Positions 1 to 11,830 are shown, counted from the stretch's first letter. The stretch: 64,000 nucleotides of DNA from an uncultured Gemmatimonadales bacterium (GCA_963798085.1 CAWCRS010000007.1:1088001-1152000); one strand, 5' to 3'. Notes: generated by a model not told the origin, from the sequence alone. A program made the numbers and translations.

Positions 1-424
1 TTTCTTCCCGCGACCGCGCGATCAGGTGCACAATGACTTCCGTGTCCACCGTGGTCTGGAACAGCGCGCCTTCCTGCTCGAGCTGAGCGCGCAGCACGCG
101 CGCGTTCGTCAGGTTGCCGTTGTGCACGACCGCAATGTCGCCCTTGTGATAGCGCACCAGGATGGGTTGCGCGTTGGTGAGACCGGCGCCGCCTGCGGTC
201 GAATAGCGCGAGTGACCCAGTGCTGTGCGGCCGGGCAGCGAGCGGATCGCGATGTCGTCGAAGCCATCCACCACCAGGCCCGTCGCTCTGTGCAGGTGCG
301 CCTGGCCATTGGCGATCGAGCAGATGCCCGCGGCTTCCTGGCCGCGGTGCTGCAGCGCGTAGAGACCGAGGAACGCGACCTCCGCCGCGCGCTCAATGCC
401 CTGGACCCCGACAATTCCACACAT
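1..424 (-). CDS. purF: Amidophosphoribosyltransferase, 5' part (runs off window)
   Basis: Manual translation from ATG at 424: MCGIVGVQGIERAAEVAFLGLYALQHRGQEAAG (N-terminal Cys of class II GATase, LQHRGQ motif); follows purL. Confidence 0.95.
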   Translation of the reverse strand, partial: MCGIVGVQGIERAAEVAFLGLYALQHRGQEAAGICSIANGQAHLHRATGLVVDGFDDIAIRSLPGRTALGHSRYSTAGGAGLTNAQPILVRYHKGDIAVVHNGNLTNARVLRAQLEQEGALFQTTVDTEVIVHLIARSREE

Positions 425-491
425 CGCTCAGTCGCGCTCCATGCCGCGCCGTGTCATCGATCCGCACTCCGTCCGTGGGTGCACGTCCGCC

Positions 492-2792
492 TCACTCGTC
501 ACGTCCCACCGTGCGTTCCAGCAGTCGAGGAATGGCGGTGTCGTACACGTGTGCGAGATCCGCTGCCGGCACATCGATCGTGGCGACCGGCGTGCGCAGC
601 GTGAAGCGCGCTTCGCCGGCTTCCTGCACGCTGCCGATCAGTCGTGCGGGCACACCGTGCTGCGCGGCGCTGTCCAGCACCGCGTCCACATGGTCGCTCG
701 CGCAGGACACCACGATGCGACCCTGCGCTTCACCGAACAGCAGAGGCGCCGCCTCGAGCGTGTCCTGCAGCCGCACGGACACGCCAAGCGACGGGTCGCG
801 CACAATCGCCGATTCCGCGAGACATACGGCGAGCCCACCTTCCGCGCAGTCGTGCGCGCTGTGCAGCAGGCGGGCCGCGACCATCGCCAGCACCGCTTCC
901 TGCAACGCCCGTTCCGCCGCCAGGTCCACCGCCGGCGCATCGCCGGCAATCAGGCCGTGCACGACCTTGAGATACTCGGAGCCGCCCAGCTCGCTCGTGT
1001 TGCTGCCCAGCAGCACAATGGCATCGCCGGGCTGCTGGAACGCGGCGGGAATGCGCAGCGTGACATCGTCGAGCACACCCACCATGCCCACCACGGGCGT
1101 GGGAAAGATGGCGCCGGCGGGACTCTCGTTGTACAGCGAGACGTTGCCGCCCACCACTGGCGTGTCGAACGCGCGACAGGCATCGGCCATGCCCAGCACG
1201 GCCTCCCGCATCTGATAGTAGATCTCGGGCCGCAGCGGACTGCCGAAGTTGAGATTGTCGGTGACCGCGCGCGGGCGGGCACCGACGCACACCAGATTGC
1301 GCGCCGCCTCGGCCACCGCGATCATCGCGCCTCGCCGGGGATTCAGATACACGTAGCGGCCGTTGCAGTCGACGGTCGCCGCAATGCCCCGGCGGGTTCC
1401 GCGGATGCGCAGCACGCCGGCATCGCCGCCCGGTCCCAACACGGTGTTGGTGCGCACCGTCGTGTCGTACTGGTTGTAGACCCACCGCTTGGAGGCAATG
1501 ACGGGTGACGCGAGCAGCCGCAGCAGCACGCGCGTGGCGTGCTGGCGGGCCGGCGCCAGCTGCGATTCCTCGGGCTTCCAGGCACGCAGCCGCTGCACGT
1601 CCGCAGCCTCGGTCGCCTCACGGGTGTACGTCGGGCACTGCACCAGCGGCTCACCCGGAATCTCGCACACGACAACGCCCTTCTCGCGCACGCGGTAGAG
1701 TCCATCATTGGTTACATGTCCGATGACCGCCGCGTCCAGCTCCCATTTGCGCAGGATGCGGCGCACATCCTCCTCGTGCCCTGCGCGCGCCACCACCAGC
1801 ATGCGTTCCTGCGATTCCGAGAGCAGGATCTCATACGGCGTCATGCCCGCTTCACGCACCGGCACCTGCGCCACATCGATGTCGACGCCCGTGCCGGCGC
1901 GCGCGGCCATCTCGCTGGATGATGAAGCAAGGCCCGCGGCGCCCATGTCCTGGATGCCGACGATGTGGCCGCTGCGGATCAGTTCGAGCGATGCTTCCAG
2001 CAGCAGCTTCTCGGTGAAGGGATCGCCTACCTGCACCTGCGGCCGCTTCGCCTCGTTCTCCTCGCTCAGCTCCTCGCTGGCGAAGGTGGCGCCATGGATG
2101 CCATCGCGGCCGGTGCTCGCGCCCACCGCGAGGATGGGATTGCCCGGGCCCGACGCGAAGCCCCGGATCAGCTCGTCCCTGCGCAGCAGACCGATGGCCA
2201 TGGCGTTGACCAGCGGATTGCCCTCGTACGCGTCCTCGAAGCAGACCTCACCACCGAGGTTGGGAATGCCCACGCAGTTGCCGTAGTCGCCAATGCCTTT
2301 CACCACGCCCGCGAACAGATAGCGCACACGTGGTTTTGTCAGCGAGCCGAAGCGCAGCGAGTCGAGCACGGCAATGGGGCGCGCGCCCATGGTGAACACG
2401 TCGCGCAGGATGCCGCCCACGCCTGTGGCCGCACCCTGATAGGGCTCGACCGCGGACGGGTGGTTGTGGGATTCGATCTTGAACGCCACGGCATAGCCAT
2501 CGCCAATGTCGATGACGCCGGCGTTCTCGCCCGGCCCCTGCAGTACCCAGGGCGCTTCGGTGGGCAGTCTGCGCAGCAGTGGCTTCGAGTTCTTGTAGCC
2601 GCAGTGCTCCGACCAGAGCGCACTGAAAACACCGAGTTCGGTGTAGGTCGGCTCCCGGCCGAGGATGGCGACGATACGCTCGAACTCGTCTTCGGAAAGC
2701 CCGTGATCCGCCACCAGCGCCGCCGTGATGGGCGGATCGCCGGGGCGGGGCTGCGGCCCGCTCACCAGCACATCGCCGGGCGAGGTAGCCAT
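492..2792 (-). CDS. purL: Phosphoribosylformylglycinamidine synthase subunit PurL
   Basis: [32 protein letters not shown] motifs; 766 aa. Confidence 0.98.
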   Translation of the reverse strand: MATSPGDVLVSGPQPRPGDPPITAALVADHGLSEDEFERIVAILGREPTYTELGVFSALWSEHCGYKNSKPLLRRLPTEAPWVLQGPGENAGVIDIGDGYAVAFKIESHNHPSAVEPYQGAATGVGGILRDVFTMGARPIAVLDSLRFGSLTKPRVRYLFAGVVKGIGDYGNCVGIPNLGGEVCFEDAYEGNPLVNAMAIGLLRRDELIRGFASGPGNPILAVGASTGRDGIHGATFASEELSEENEAKRPQVQVGDPFTEKLLLEASLELIRSGHIVGIQDMGAAGLASSSSEMAARAGTGVDIDVAQVPVREAGMTPYEILLSESQERMLVVARAGHEEDVRRILRKWELDAAVIGHVTNDGLYRVREKGVVVCEIPGEPLVQCPTYTREATEAADVQRLRAWKPEESQLAPARQHATRVLLRLLASPVIASKRWVYNQYDTTVRTNTVLGPGGDAGVLRIRGTRRGIAATVDCNGRYVYLNPRRGAMIAVAEAARNLVCVGARPRAVTDNLNFGSPLRPEIYYQMREAVLGMADACRAFDTPVVGGNVSLYNESPAGAIFPTPVVGMVGVLDDVTLRIPAAFQQPGDAIVLLGSNTSELGGSEYLKVVHGLIAGDAPAVDLAAERALQEAVLAMVAARLLHSAHDCAEGGLAVCLAESAIVRDPSLGVSVRLQDTLEAAPLLFGEAQGRIVVSCASDHVDAVLDSAAQHGVPARLIGSVQEAGEARFTLRTPVATIDVPAADLAHVYDTAIPRLLERTVGRDE

Positions 2793-3529
2793 CAGCGGCC
2801 CCCTGCGGCCGCCATAACGCCGTGTTCCGCGGGCCGGCCGTCAATGTGATCGCGCAGCGAGCGGAACAGACCCAGTCCATCGTCCGGCCCCAGCAGCAGC
2901 TCCACACTGCGCTCCGGGTGCGGCATGAGTCCCAGCACGTTGCCCGCCTCGTTGATGATCCCGGCAATGCTGCGCATGGAGCCGTTGGGATTACCCTCAT
3001 CGGTCACCGCGCCGGCGGCATTGACGTAGCGGAACAGCACCCGCCCGGAGGTTTCCAGAGCGTCCAGCGTCGCAGCATCGGCCACGTAGTTGCCTTCGCC
3101 GTGCGCAATGTGCAGGGCCAGCACGCTGCCCGGCGCGTAGGCCGAGGTAAACACGGTGTTTGTGTTCTCCACGCGCACGAACACGCGCTGCCCCAGGAAC
3201 TGGAGCGAGCGGTTGCGGATGAGCGCGCCCGGAAGCAGGCCCGCCTCGCACAGGATCTGGAAGCCGTTGCAGATGCCGGCAACCAGGCCGCCCGCTGCGG
3301 CGAAGGCCTGCACCGCGGGCATGATCGGGCTGAAGCGGGCAATGGCGCCGGCGCGCAGGTAGTCGCCGTAGCTGAAACCGCCGGGCAGGATCACCAGGTC
3401 GGCTCCACCAAACGAAGTCTCGCGATGCCAGACGAAGTGCGCGGCAGTGCCCAGCACGTCGGTGAGTGCCTTGTAGCAGTCGTAGTCGCAGTTGGAGCCG
3501 GGGAACGTGACAATGGCCGTGCGCATCAT
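2792..3529 (-). CDS. purQ: FGAM synthase glutaminase subunit PurQ
   Basis: [34 protein letters not shown] overlap with purS stop. Confidence 0.97.
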   Translation of the reverse strand: MMRTAIVTFPGSNCDYDCYKALTDVLGTAAHFVWHRETSFGGADLVILPGGFSYGDYLRAGAIARFSPIMPAVQAFAAAGGLVAGICNGFQILCEAGLLPGALIRNRSLQFLGQRVFVRVENTNTVFTSAYAPGSVLALHIAHGEGNYVADAATLDALETSGRVLFRYVNAAGAVTDEGNPNGSMRSIAGIINEAGNVLGLMPHPERSVELLLGPDDGLGLFRSLRDHIDGRPAEHGVMAAAGGR

Positions 3530-3792
3530 CTGCCTCCGTCCACGGCGATCGTGTAATCCTCTGTTACCGGATTGGCCAGCAGCTTGCGGCACATTGCATC
3601 GGCCGACTCGCGCGCGCCCGCCGGCGAGTCGGCCAGCAGCTTCAGCCGCAGCAGCCTGCCCACGCGGACATCCTCGACTTCATCGAATTCCAGCGAGTGC
3701 AGCGCATTGTGAATGGCCTTGCCCTCCGGATCGAGCAGTCCCGGTCGCGGCGAAATGCGGACTTCGATCTGGTATTCATTCACGTGGCGCAT
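3526..3792 (-). CDS. purS: FGAM synthase subunit PurS
   Basis: LDPEG...[11 protein letters not shown]; start may be GTG at 3783. Confidence 0.95.
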   Translation of the reverse strand: MRHVNEYQIEVRISPRPGLLDPEGKAIHNALHSLEFDEVEDVRVGRLLRLKLLADSPAGARESADAMCRKLLANPVTEDYTIAVDGGR

Positions 3793-3801
3793 CCTCCCGG
3801 T

Positions 3802-4731
3802 TCACGGTCGATCGAAGCGTCGGGTACGCTCGGGCATGGTTGACTGCGAGCTGCTGCGGCTGTCGGACGCATCCTCGCGCTGCTCGCCCCGCCGTCGCCG
3901 GCGCCGCCGACCCAGACGGAAGCGGGCCGGCGTCAGTTCGGCATAGTCAATGTCACGCACTTCCGCCCCCGCGTCATCGGCCAGTTCCTCGTCCAGCAGC
4001 AGATCGGGCAGTTTGTCGAAGAAGCCGAGCACGAGCGCCTTGACCACGCCGTAGCTCACATAGGCGAGCAGCAGCGGGAACACCACGTGCGCGGGTGCGA
4101 AGATGGCCAGCGGAATGAGCGCGAGCATGACGACCGCGGTGATAACACCGCGCCAGGTGCGGAAGCCGAAGCGCGGCACCACCGGGTACAGCACGTGGCT
4201 CATCATGAGCAGGCCGAGCACGACCATGAGCGCGGTCATGACTTCGGGCCACGCCGGCCCCACCAGGTAGTTCTGGAAGAAGGCGGTCTGACTGAACGGA
4301 TAGAACGTGGCCAGGGTGAGTCCCGCAGCGGGCGAGGGCAGGCCGTGGAACACGACCTTCGCGTGTCCCGCCTGTTCCACATTGAAGCGCGCCAGGCGAA
4401 TGGCGGCTGCACTCACGTAGAAGAACGCCGCGATCCAGCTCCAGCGTCCGTCGACCAGGAACAGGTAGTAGATGATGAGCGCGGGCGCGACCGCAAAGCT
4501 CACAATGTCGACCAGCGAGTCCAGCTCCTCGCCGAAACGGCTGCCGGTACGGGTCACGCGCGCCACGCGGCCATCCAGCGTGTCCGCAATGCCGGCGAAC
4601 ACGATGAGCCAGGCCGCGCGCTGGAAGTCGCCGCGCGCCGCCGACACGATGCCCCACACACCGAAGAACAGATTGGCGAGCGTGAGCGCGCCCGGCAGGA
4701 TAATGACGCCGCGCTGCAGACGACCGTTCAT
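3802..4731 (-). CDS. pssA: CDP-diacylglycerol--serine O-phosphatidyltransferase
   Basis: DTLDGRVAR...FGEELDSLVDIVSF CDP-alcohol phosphotransferase motif, RLARFN, GLPSP. Confidence 0.9.
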   Translation of the reverse strand: MNGRLQRGVIILPGALTLANLFFGVWGIVSAARGDFQRAAWLIVFAGIADTLDGRVARVTRTGSRFGEELDSLVDIVSFAVAPALIIYYLFLVDGRWSWIAAFFYVSAAAIRLARFNVEQAGHAKVVFHGLPSPAAGLTLATFYPFSQTAFFQNYLVGPAWPEVMTALMVVLGLLMMSHVLYPVVPRFGFRTWRGVITAVVMLALIPLAIFAPAHVVFPLLLAYVSYGVVKALVLGFFDKLPDLLLDEELADDAGAEVRDIDYAELTPARFRLGRRRRRRRGEQREDASDSRSSSQSTMPERTRRFDRP

Positions 4732-4735
4732 GGTC

Positions 4736-5665
4736 TCACCCACGCGTGCCCGGCAAGGCTGCGCCGGTGAGCCGGCGGTACACATCGAGATAGCGCCGCG
4801 ATGTCGTGTTCAGGACCTCGTCCGGGAGCTGCGGCGCAGGCGGCTCCCTGTTCCACTGGCCGCGGGATACCAGGCCTTCCAGGTAGTCGCGCACAGGCTG
4901 CTTGTCGAGCGACGGCTGCGAGCGTCCCGCCGTGTAGGTGTCGCCCGGCCAGAAACGCGACGAGTCCGGTGTCAGCACTTCGTCGATCAGCAGCAGTGTG
5001 CCGTCGGGCAAATGACCGAATTCGAACTTCGTGTCAGCCAGGATGATGCCCACCTTCTCGGCGATCTCGCGACCGCGAGCGTACACCGAGAGACTGCGCC
5101 GGCGCAGCTCCGTAGCCAGCGGGGCTCCCACGACTTCCGCCATGCGCGCAAACGTGATGTTCTCGTCATGGCCGGTTTCGGCCTTGGTCGCGGGTGAGAA
5201 AATGGGTGGATCGAGACGCTGGCTCTCGACCAGTCCAGCCGGCAGCTGCTCACCCGCCAGCGTGCCCGACTGCCGGTACTCCTTCCACGCCGATCCCGAG
5301 AGGTAGCCGCGCACGACGCACTCGATGGGCACGACGCGCGTGCGCCGCACCAGCATGGCGCGCAGTGCCCACACGTCGCGGTGTGGCGCCAGCGCCGGCA
5401 CCGCGTCCGCGATCTCGTCCGGATCCGCGGAGATGAGATGGTGCGGGGTCAGCGATTCGAGTTGCCCGAGCCACCACGCGGTGATCTGCGTCAGCACCGC
5501 ACCCTTGTGCGGAATCGGCTGTGGCAGCACCACGTCGAACGCACTGATGCGATCGGTCGCGACGATCAGCAGCCGGCCTTCGCCGACGTCGTAAATGTCG
5601 CGCACCTTGCCGCGCGCCAGCAGCGGGAAGGGAAGTGCGGTGCGGAATGTGGCGGATGCGATCAT
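4736..5665 (-). CDS. purC: SAICAR synthetase
   Basis: [36 protein letters not shown]. Confidence 0.98.
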   Translation of the reverse strand: MIASATFRTALPFPLLARGKVRDIYDVGEGRLLIVATDRISAFDVVLPQPIPHKGAVLTQITAWWLGQLESLTPHHLISADPDEIADAVPALAPHRDVWALRAMLVRRTRVVPIECVVRGYLSGSAWKEYRQSGTLAGEQLPAGLVESQRLDPPIFSPATKAETGHDENITFARMAEVVGAPLATELRRRSLSVYARGREIAEKVGIILADTKFEFGHLPDGTLLLIDEVLTPDSSRFWPGDTYTAGRSQPSLDKQPVRDYLEGLVSRGQWNREPPAPQLPDEVLNTTSRRYLDVYRRLTGAALPGTRG

Positions 5666-7110
5666 GCGTGCAGCTCCGGTGTCGGCGTGTTATCGGGATT
5701 GGCGTCCAGAATCGTCTGCACGTCGCGCAGCAACAGATCCACCTGCTCCGGCGCGCGGCCTACATGACGTGCGGGATCGAGCAGCTCGACGATTTCCGCG
5801 CGCGGCAGGCCGAATGCGGTATCGCCGGCAATACGGTCGATCAGGTCGTTGCTGCCGCCATCTTCGCGGATGCGCTGCCCCGCGGCCAGTGCGTGGCGGC
5901 GGATGCGCTCGTGCAGCTCCTGGCGGTCGCCGCCTCGCAGCACTGCCCGCAGCAGGATCGTTTCCGTCGCCAGCAGCGGCAGCTCATCCATGAGATGGCG
6001 CCGGATGACGGCCGGGTGCACGACCAGCCCGGCCGCGACATTGTGCATCAGCAGCAGGATCGCGTCCGTGGCCAGGTAGGCTTCGGGAATCGCAATGCGC
6101 CGGTTGGCGGAATCGTCGAGCGTGCGCTCGAACCATTGCGTCGCGGCCGTGAACGCGGGATCCAGCGAGAGCGTGATCACGTGCCGGGCGAGAGCGGTGA
6201 TGCGCTCGGCGCGCATGGGATTGCGTTTGTAGGGCATCGCGGAAGAGCCGATCTGGTCTTTCTCGTACGGCTCCTCCACCTCCTTCAGGTGCTGCAGCAG
6301 GCGCATGTCGTGCGCGAATTTCGATGTCGATGTGGCAATGCCCGCGAGCGTCGCGAGGAACGCGTAGTCGCTCTTGCGCGGATACGTCTGGCCGGTGACG
6401 GCGTAGAGACGGTCGAAGCCGAGCCTCGCGGCAATGCGCTGATTGAGCGTGTCCACCTTGGCGCCATGGCCATCGAACAGCTCGAGAAACGACGCTTCCG
6501 TGCCCGTCGTACCGCGCACGCCGCGGAAGCGCAGCGTGGCCAGGCGGTGATCCACGTCCTCGAGGTCCAGCAGCAGGTCCTGCATCCACAGCGTCGCGCG
6601 CTTGCCCACGGTGGTCGGCTGCGCGGTCTGGAAGTGCGTGTAGCCGAGTGTCGGCAGGTCGCGGTAGCGGCGCGCGAACTCCGCGAGCGCGGCCAGGCAC
6701 GCCAGCAGCCGGCGCCGCACCAGGCGCAGCGCATCGCGGTGCTGCAGTAACTCCGTGTTATCGGTGACGTAGGCGCTGGTGGCGCCCAGATGGATGTACG
6801 CTTTCGCTTCCGGCACCACCTCGCCGAAGTGGTGCACGTGCGCCATCACGTCGTGGCGCAGGCGCTGCTCCAGCTGGGCAGCGCGCGTCAGGTCGATGTC
6901 GTCCAGGTGGGCGCGCATGCCTTCCAGGGCGCTCGCCGGAATGGGCAGGCCCAGCTCGGCTTCGGTCTCGGCCAGCGCCAGCCACAGGCGGCGCCACGTG
7001 CCGAACTTGTACGCATCGGAGAAGATGCGGCTCATTTCCGGCGACGCGTAGCGGTCCACCAGCGGATTGCTGTAGGTCCAGTCCGGAGCCGTGCTGCCCT
7101 CGCCCGTCAT
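5662..7110 (-). CDS. purB: Adenylosuccinate lyase
   Basis: [24 protein letters not shown] signature; start 7110 or 7143. Confidence 0.97.
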   Translation of the reverse strand: MTGEGSTAPDWTYSNPLVDRYASPEMSRIFSDAYKFGTWRRLWLALAETEAELGLPIPASALEGMRAHLDDIDLTRAAQLEQRLRHDVMAHVHHFGEVVPEAKAYIHLGATSAYVTDNTELLQHRDALRLVRRRLLACLAALAEFARRYRDLPTLGYTHFQTAQPTTVGKRATLWMQDLLLDLEDVDHRLATLRFRGVRGTTGTEASFLELFDGHGAKVDTLNQRIAARLGFDRLYAVTGQTYPRKSDYAFLATLAGIATSTSKFAHDMRLLQHLKEVEEPYEKDQIGSSAMPYKRNPMRAERITALARHVITLSLDPAFTAATQWFERTLDDSANRRIAIPEAYLATDAILLLMHNVAAGLVVHPAVIRRHLMDELPLLATETILLRAVLRGGDRQELHERIRRHALAAGQRIREDGGSNDLIDRIAGDTAFGLPRAEIVELLDPARHVGRAPEQVDLLLRDVQTILDANPDNTPTPELHA

Positions 7111-7147
7111 GTCACCCGCCCGTGTGACTCCGCCAGCAGCCATCCGT

Positions 7148-8641
7148 TCAACCGCCGATCTGGAAGAGGACCGAATTGAGCTGCCCGTCGCGCTCGAAGA
7201 CCATACGCACGGGCGACCGTCCGCGCGAATTCGAGAGACGCCGCAGGATCGTCGCCGCATCCTGCGCGTTGTGAATGCGCGTGCCATTGATCTGCAGCAC
7301 CAGGTCGCCTTCCTCCAGCTGCAGATCGCGCGCGGCATCGGACAGGCCCACGATGAGCGCGCCTTCGGCATTGGACAGGTGCTTCTCCGCCTGGATGTCG
7401 GGGGTCAGCGTGATGAACTCGAAATCGGAGCCGGCGCGCACGCGTGCTGCAGTGAGCGAAGGCAGGTCCTGCGTGGAAATCTGCAGGGTGCGATCCCCGC
7501 GACCGGTCTGCGCCACCACCAGATCGATGTTCTCGCCGACCCGTGCGTCCAGCAGCCGGGCCTGCCAGTCCAGCGCGCTGTGCACGGGGCGCCCCTCGGC
7601 GGAGTCGATGACCATGCCCACGCGGACGCCGGCCTGCGCCGCCGGCGAACCCGCGGCCACCTGCGATACCTGCAGTCGCTGCGCCCTGCCGAAACTGTTG
7701 GGGTCCGCTTCCTTCACTTCGAGCCCGACCCAGACACGGCGTACGCGACCTTCCTTCAGCAGATCATCGGCCACACGTTTCGCGCGATCGATGGGAATCG
7801 CGAAGCCGAGACCCACGCTGTTGCCCGTCTCGGTGATGATCTCCGAGTTCACGCCCACCACCTGACCGAGCGCGTTCACGAGCGGACCACCCGAATTGCC
7901 GGGATTGATCGACGCATCCGTCTGGATCATGTCGAGGTAGTAGCCGCGCGTGCCATCGCCGGGGATGATGTTGCGACCCACGCCGCTCACTACGCCTGCC
8001 GTAACGGTGGGCTCGGGGTTGGAGAGCAGGAAACCGAAGGGATTGCCGATGGCGACGACCCACTCCCCGATCACCAGATCCGACGACGTACCCAGCTGCG
8101 CGGCCGCCAGTCCCGCCGGCGGACTCGTGAGGCGCAGCAGGGCGAGGTCCGTGACTTCATCGGTGCCGACGACTTCGGCCTTGAAATCGCGACCATCGGA
8201 AAGCGTCACGACGACGTCCGTAGCGCCATGCACGACGTGCTCGTTGGTGAGCACAAGGCCGCGTGCGTCGATGACGAAGCCGGAGCCCAGGCCCTGCACC
8301 TGGCGCGACACGCCGGGCCCGAGGAAGAACTGCTCGAAGAAGCTGCTCGGGCGCACGGTTTCCGTGCGCATCACGTTCACGCTGACCACCGCGGGCGCAA
8401 CGGCACGTGCCGCCCGCACGATCGCGGTTGTTCGCGTATCCTGGATGGTGTCGCTCGCGGCATTACGCACGAGCTTCGAGGACTGCGAGACCTGCGCGTT
8501 GGAGAAATGCACGGAGTCGTGCCCCGCGCGACGCGCAGCCACTACGAGCGGCAGCGCGGCCCCCAGCAGGAGCAGCACCGGAATGATGAAAAAGGCGGCG
8601 CGGCCCCGCGGTCGCCGGCTGACGCGCTCAGGCTGGCTCAT
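7148..8641 (-). CDS. DegP/HtrA serine protease with PDZ domains
   Basis: TNEHVV, DLALL, NPGNSGGPL catalytic triad; N-terminal TM/signal; start uncertain (8641-8701). Confidence 0.93.
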   Translation of the reverse strand: MSQPERVSRRPRGRAAFFIIPVLLLLGAALPLVVAARRAGHDSVHFSNAQVSQSSKLVRNAASDTIQDTRTTAIVRAARAVAPAVVSVNVMRTETVRPSSFFEQFFLGPGVSRQVQGLGSGFVIDARGLVLTNEHVVHGATDVVVTLSDGRDFKAEVVGTDEVTDLALLRLTSPPAGLAAAQLGTSSDLVIGEWVVAIGNPFGFLLSNPEPTVTAGVVSGVGRNIIPGDGTRGYYLDMIQTDASINPGNSGGPLVNALGQVVGVNSEIITETGNSVGLGFAIPIDRAKRVADDLLKEGRVRRVWVGLEVKEADPNSFGRAQRLQVSQVAAGSPAAQAGVRVGMVIDSAEGRPVHSALDWQARLLDARVGENIDLVVAQTGRGDRTLQISTQDLPSLTAARVRAGSDFEFITLTPDIQAEKHLSNAEGALIVGLSDAARDLQLEEGDLVLQINGTRIHNAQDAATILRRLSNSRGRSPVRMVFERDGQLNSVLFQIGG

Positions 8642-9464
8642 GAATCCAGGCAAAGCCGCGGACTGTTTCCCCATCGTCAGGTTGCGAGAGTTCGGCTTCA
8701 TCGTAGTAGACCTTCACCAGGCACAGCCCTGCCGCGGGTGCGGGTGGCGACGTCTCGATTCCCGCCTCGCCGCGCAGCAGCGCATCGATTTCCGCCATGG
8801 ACCGACGCCGCCGCGCGACGTCCACCATGGTTCCGACCATGTACCTTACCATGTGGTGGAGGAATCGGTTCGCCATGACCCGGTAGGCGAACCCCAGACC
8901 GGCCCACTCGACCCACGACGAGCGCAGCACCGTGCAGCGCGTACCGCGCTCCGGTTGCCCGGTGCGGGCGAATCGCTCGAACGAATGGGTCCCCGTGAAA
9001 CGCTGCGCCGCCTCGTGCAGGAGGGCGGCATCCAGCGACTGGCCCATGGGCCAGCACCAGCGCCGGTAGAATGGCGAGCGCGCGGCAGGCTGCGTTCCCA
9101 CGCGGTACATGTACCCCCGGGCCAGCGCATCGTACCGCGCGTGGAAATCCATGCTCACTTCTTCGACCGCCGCCACCCATATGTCGTCGGGCAGCACCGC
9201 ATTGAGTGCCCGTTCCAGGGCCACTGCCGTCCACTTCGCCGGCACACACGCCGATACCACCTGCCCGGCCGCGTGCACCCCCGTATCCGTGCGCCCCGCC
9301 GCCACCACCCGCACCACCCGCGCCGTCAGCCTCGCCAGTGCCGACTCCACCTCCGCCTGCACCGTCCGTTCCCCCGGCTGCACCTGCCAGCCGCTGAACC
9401 CGGCACCGTCGTAGTGCAGCACCAGCTTGCAGCGGCGTTCGGTCGCGTCCGTAACAGGCATCAT
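8628..9464 (-). CDS. truA: tRNA pseudouridine(38-40) synthase
   Basis: YDGAGFSGWQ, GRTDTGVHA, FHARY, FLHHMVR. Confidence 0.96.
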   Translation of the reverse strand: MMPVTDATERRCKLVLHYDGAGFSGWQVQPGERTVQAEVESALARLTARVVRVVAAGRTDTGVHAAGQVVSACVPAKWTAVALERALNAVLPDDIWVAAVEEVSMDFHARYDALARGYMYRVGTQPAARSPFYRRWCWPMGQSLDAALLHEAAQRFTGTHSFERFARTGQPERGTRCTVLRSSWVEWAGLGFAYRVMANRFLHHMVRYMVGTMVDVARRRRSMAEIDALLRGEAGIETSPPAPAAGLCLVKVYYDEAELSQPDDGETVRGFAWIHEPA

Positions 9465-9506
9465 CGGCGGGAAACTACGCAGGGAAGCGGGTTGGTTCAA
9501 CACGCT

Positions 9507-9537
9507 CCGTTTCTCGGGCTGGGGCTGGGGCTCAGGC
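9507..9537. repeat. Dispersed 31-bp intergenic repeat (GGGCTS hexamer-based)
   Basis: CCGTTTCTCGGGCTGGGGCTGGGGCTCAGGC, 29/31 identical to 55646-55676; related inverted copy near 10566-10600. Confidence 0.7.
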
Positions 9538-9865
9538 TGCGCCGGGCGGCTTTCAGGTGACGACTGGGGCCGCCGCGTCGTGGCTTTTTCATGCACGGAC
9601 GGCGCGCGTGCGCCGGTTGCCCCGGGCTCGTTGCCGGGGAACGGATGAGCCCGGCTCCGAGTCCGTCCCTAACGTATTGTTAGACGCGGGAATGCAGTAC
9701 CCCTGCCTGTGCGCCGCCCCATCGCCGACCGTCAACAGGCGCCCCTGTCCCGCGTCCGATCCTGAAACCGACTCTCCCTCACCCCTCCCCCGGAACAGGA
9801 TCCCGGGCGTGAAGAGGTACAGGCGCAGTCGATCGAGAACTGCGTTCGACACGTGTGGGCGGGGC

Positions 9866-9960
9866 CGTGCCGGCGTTGCAGTCGATCGGCAATCTGGAGC
9901 GGCTTGCCGTCGATGCCGCCGGGTGCGAACCTGAGTCGCGGCTGAACTCGTGCGTCAGGC
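9866..9960 (+). other. Degenerate attC-like recombination site
   Basis: L'' TTGCAGTCG (9876) pairs with L' CGGCTGAA (9939) with one extra base; R'-like GTCAGGC at 9954; R'' not recognisable. Confidence 0.45.
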
Positions 9961-10032
9961 AGCTCCCTGGAAGTGCGCTCGACGAACAGCGAGTTCCGAA
10001 AACAACCCACTCCCGATGATCTGACGAGGCGC

Positions 10033-10431
10033 ATGAAACAGACAGCGAAGGCCCGGTTTGCCATCAGGACATGGGATGAGAAGCCCTTCAGTGAGGGCAA
10101 CGACGTGCCCAGACTCACGCGGGCCAGTGTGGTCAAGACCTTCACCGGTGACATCGAGGGAGAAGGTCACGTTGAATATCTGATGATGTATCGGGCCGAT
10201 GGTACCGCCTCTTTCGTCGGCCTCGAGCGCGTCGTCGGGAGGATTGGCGCCCGGGGGGGCACTTTCGTACTCCAGCGCACCGGGACCTTCGCAAACGGTC
10301 AGGCGATGGAGTCGTATTCGGTCATCCCCGGATCCGCGACCGGTGAACTGCGTGGCCTCGCAGGCGACGGCAGCACCGCCGTCGGACATGGCATGGAGCA
10401 CCCCTTCGAGCTGAACTATGAGTTAGCCTGA
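10033..10431 (+). CDS. DUF3224 family beta-barrel protein
   Basis: WDEKP...TFTGDIEG...FVGLERVVGRIG..GTFVLQ...VIPGSATGELRGLAG pattern typical of DUF3224. Confidence 0.85.
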   Translation: MKQTAKARFAIRTWDEKPFSEGNDVPRLTRASVVKTFTGDIEGEGHVEYLMMYRADGTASFVGLERVVGRIGARGGTFVLQRTGTFANGQAMESYSVIPGSATGELRGLAGDGSTAVGHGMEHPFELNYELA

Positions 10432-10600
10432 CCGTGCGGGTCGGAGGGCGACGTTTCACCACAGTCCTCTGTGAACGATCGCCGGCGCGCCTGGCCGCCA
10501 TTCTTGACAGATGTCGTTCCTGCGCGACGCGGCCCGGCAACGCAGCTGATTCGCTGATGGCCGTTCCGAGCCCCAGCCCGCGCCCCAGCCGCCGCAACGT

Positions 10601-11824
10601 TCAAGATGCAAACGCGCCAATGACCTCGAGCACATGATCGATATCCGCTTCCGTATGATCCGCATTGATCTGGAAGCGGATCTCCTCGTCGCCGCGCGGC
10701 ACGACGGGATAGCTGAGGCCGGTGGCCAGTACGCCATTGGCGCGCAGGTGCGCGACCAGCGCGCGGGTCTTCGCGGTGTCGCGCACCATGAGGGGCACAA
10801 CAGGGTGTTCGCCGGGGATGATCTCGAGGCCACGCTGCACCAGGCCCTGCTCGAAACGCCGTGTCAGTGCGCGCAGGCGGTCGAGCAGCGCGCGCCCCTC
10901 GGCGCTGTCCAGGATCTCCAGTGCGCGCAGCGCCGCGGCCGCTTCACCGACCGTGATGGGGTTCGAATAGATGTACATGGGCGAGGTTTCGCGCAGGAAG
11001 CGGATGACGGGAGCGGAGCCGACGACGTAGCCGCCATTCACGCCCAGTGCCTTGCCCAGCGTGGCGATGAGCACATCGCAGGTCGCGTTCGTGTACTCCT
11101 CGGTGCCGTGGCCCGTGCGACCGAACGCACCCACACCGTGCGAGTCGTCGGCGATCACGAGCACGTTCTCGGGGTAGCGCGCATCGTGTTTGCGTGCCAG
11201 CTCCATGATGCGGTCGAGCGGTGCGTGGTCGCCGCGCATGCTGAAGATGCCGTCCGTCACCACCACCGCGCGCGCGGCCTTCTCCGCACCCCGCTCGAGC
11301 GCGCTGTCCAGCGCGTCCATGTTCACGTGGGTGTAGACGATCTTGTCCAGCGGCCGTGCCAGGCGCATCGCGTTGATGATGCAGTTGTGGTTCAGCTCGT
11401 CGCTGATGAGCACCGTGCTGTCCGTGATGAGCGGCGTGATCACGCTCATCACCGATGCGTACGCCGAGCTGAAGATCATGCCGGCATCACGGCCGTGGAA
11501 CACGGCCAGGCGCTGCTCCAGGTCGATGTGCGCGCCATAGGTGCCGCTGATGAAGCGCACGGCGCCCGGTCCGGCGCCGTACTGCGCCGTCGCTTTCTCC
11601 TCCGCGGCCACGACCTCCGGACGCAGTCCCATGCCCAGGTAGGAATTCGAGTTCATGCGGATGAACTCGCGATTGCCTTCGCCGCGCAGCCGGAAGCGCG
11701 GGCCTCTGCCGGCGGCCGGCAGGCGCACCGCATCCACTACGGATTCCGCACCCTTCGCAGTACCGCGCGTTTCCAGGCCCGAGACGTGTTCCTGGAGGAC
11801 GCGCGTCAATCGATCGAGTGGCAT
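10601..11824 (-). CDS. kbl: Glycine C-acetyltransferase (2-amino-3-ketobutyrate CoA ligase), PLP class II
   Basis: NSYLG, VRFISGT, SDELNH, DDSHG, TLGKALG; adjacent to threonine dehydrogenase. Confidence 0.85.
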   Translation of the reverse strand: MPLDRLTRVLQEHVSGLETRGTAKGAESVVDAVRLPAAGRGPRFRLRGEGNREFIRMNSNSYLGMGLRPEVVAAEEKATAQYGAGPGAVRFISGTYGAHIDLEQRLAVFHGRDAGMIFSSAYASVMSVITPLITDSTVLISDELNHNCIINAMRLARPLDKIVYTHVNMDALDSALERGAEKAARAVVVTDGIFSMRGDHAPLDRIMELARKHDARYPENVLVIADDSHGVGAFGRTGHGTEEYTNATCDVLIATLGKALGVNGGYVVGSAPVIRFLRETSPMYIYSNPITVGEAAAALRALEILDSAEGRALLDRLRALTRRFEQGLVQRGLEIIPGEHPVVPLMVRDTAKTRALVAHLRANGVLATGLSYPVVPRGDEEIRFQINADHTEADIDHVLEVIGAFAS

Positions 11825-11830
11825 CGTCGT

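Noticed and set aside
396..9560. Long plus-strand ORFs opposite pur/degP/truA genes (and similar shadow ORFs elsewhere)
   Set aside because: Antisense or alternate-frame artefacts of high GC with no recognisable motifs
9668..9760. CCCTAAC-gtatt-GTTAGAC and GACGCGGG/CCCGCGTC inverted repeat as an attC site or riboswitch
   Set aside because: Spacing does not fit a full attC and no known RNA motif was recognisable
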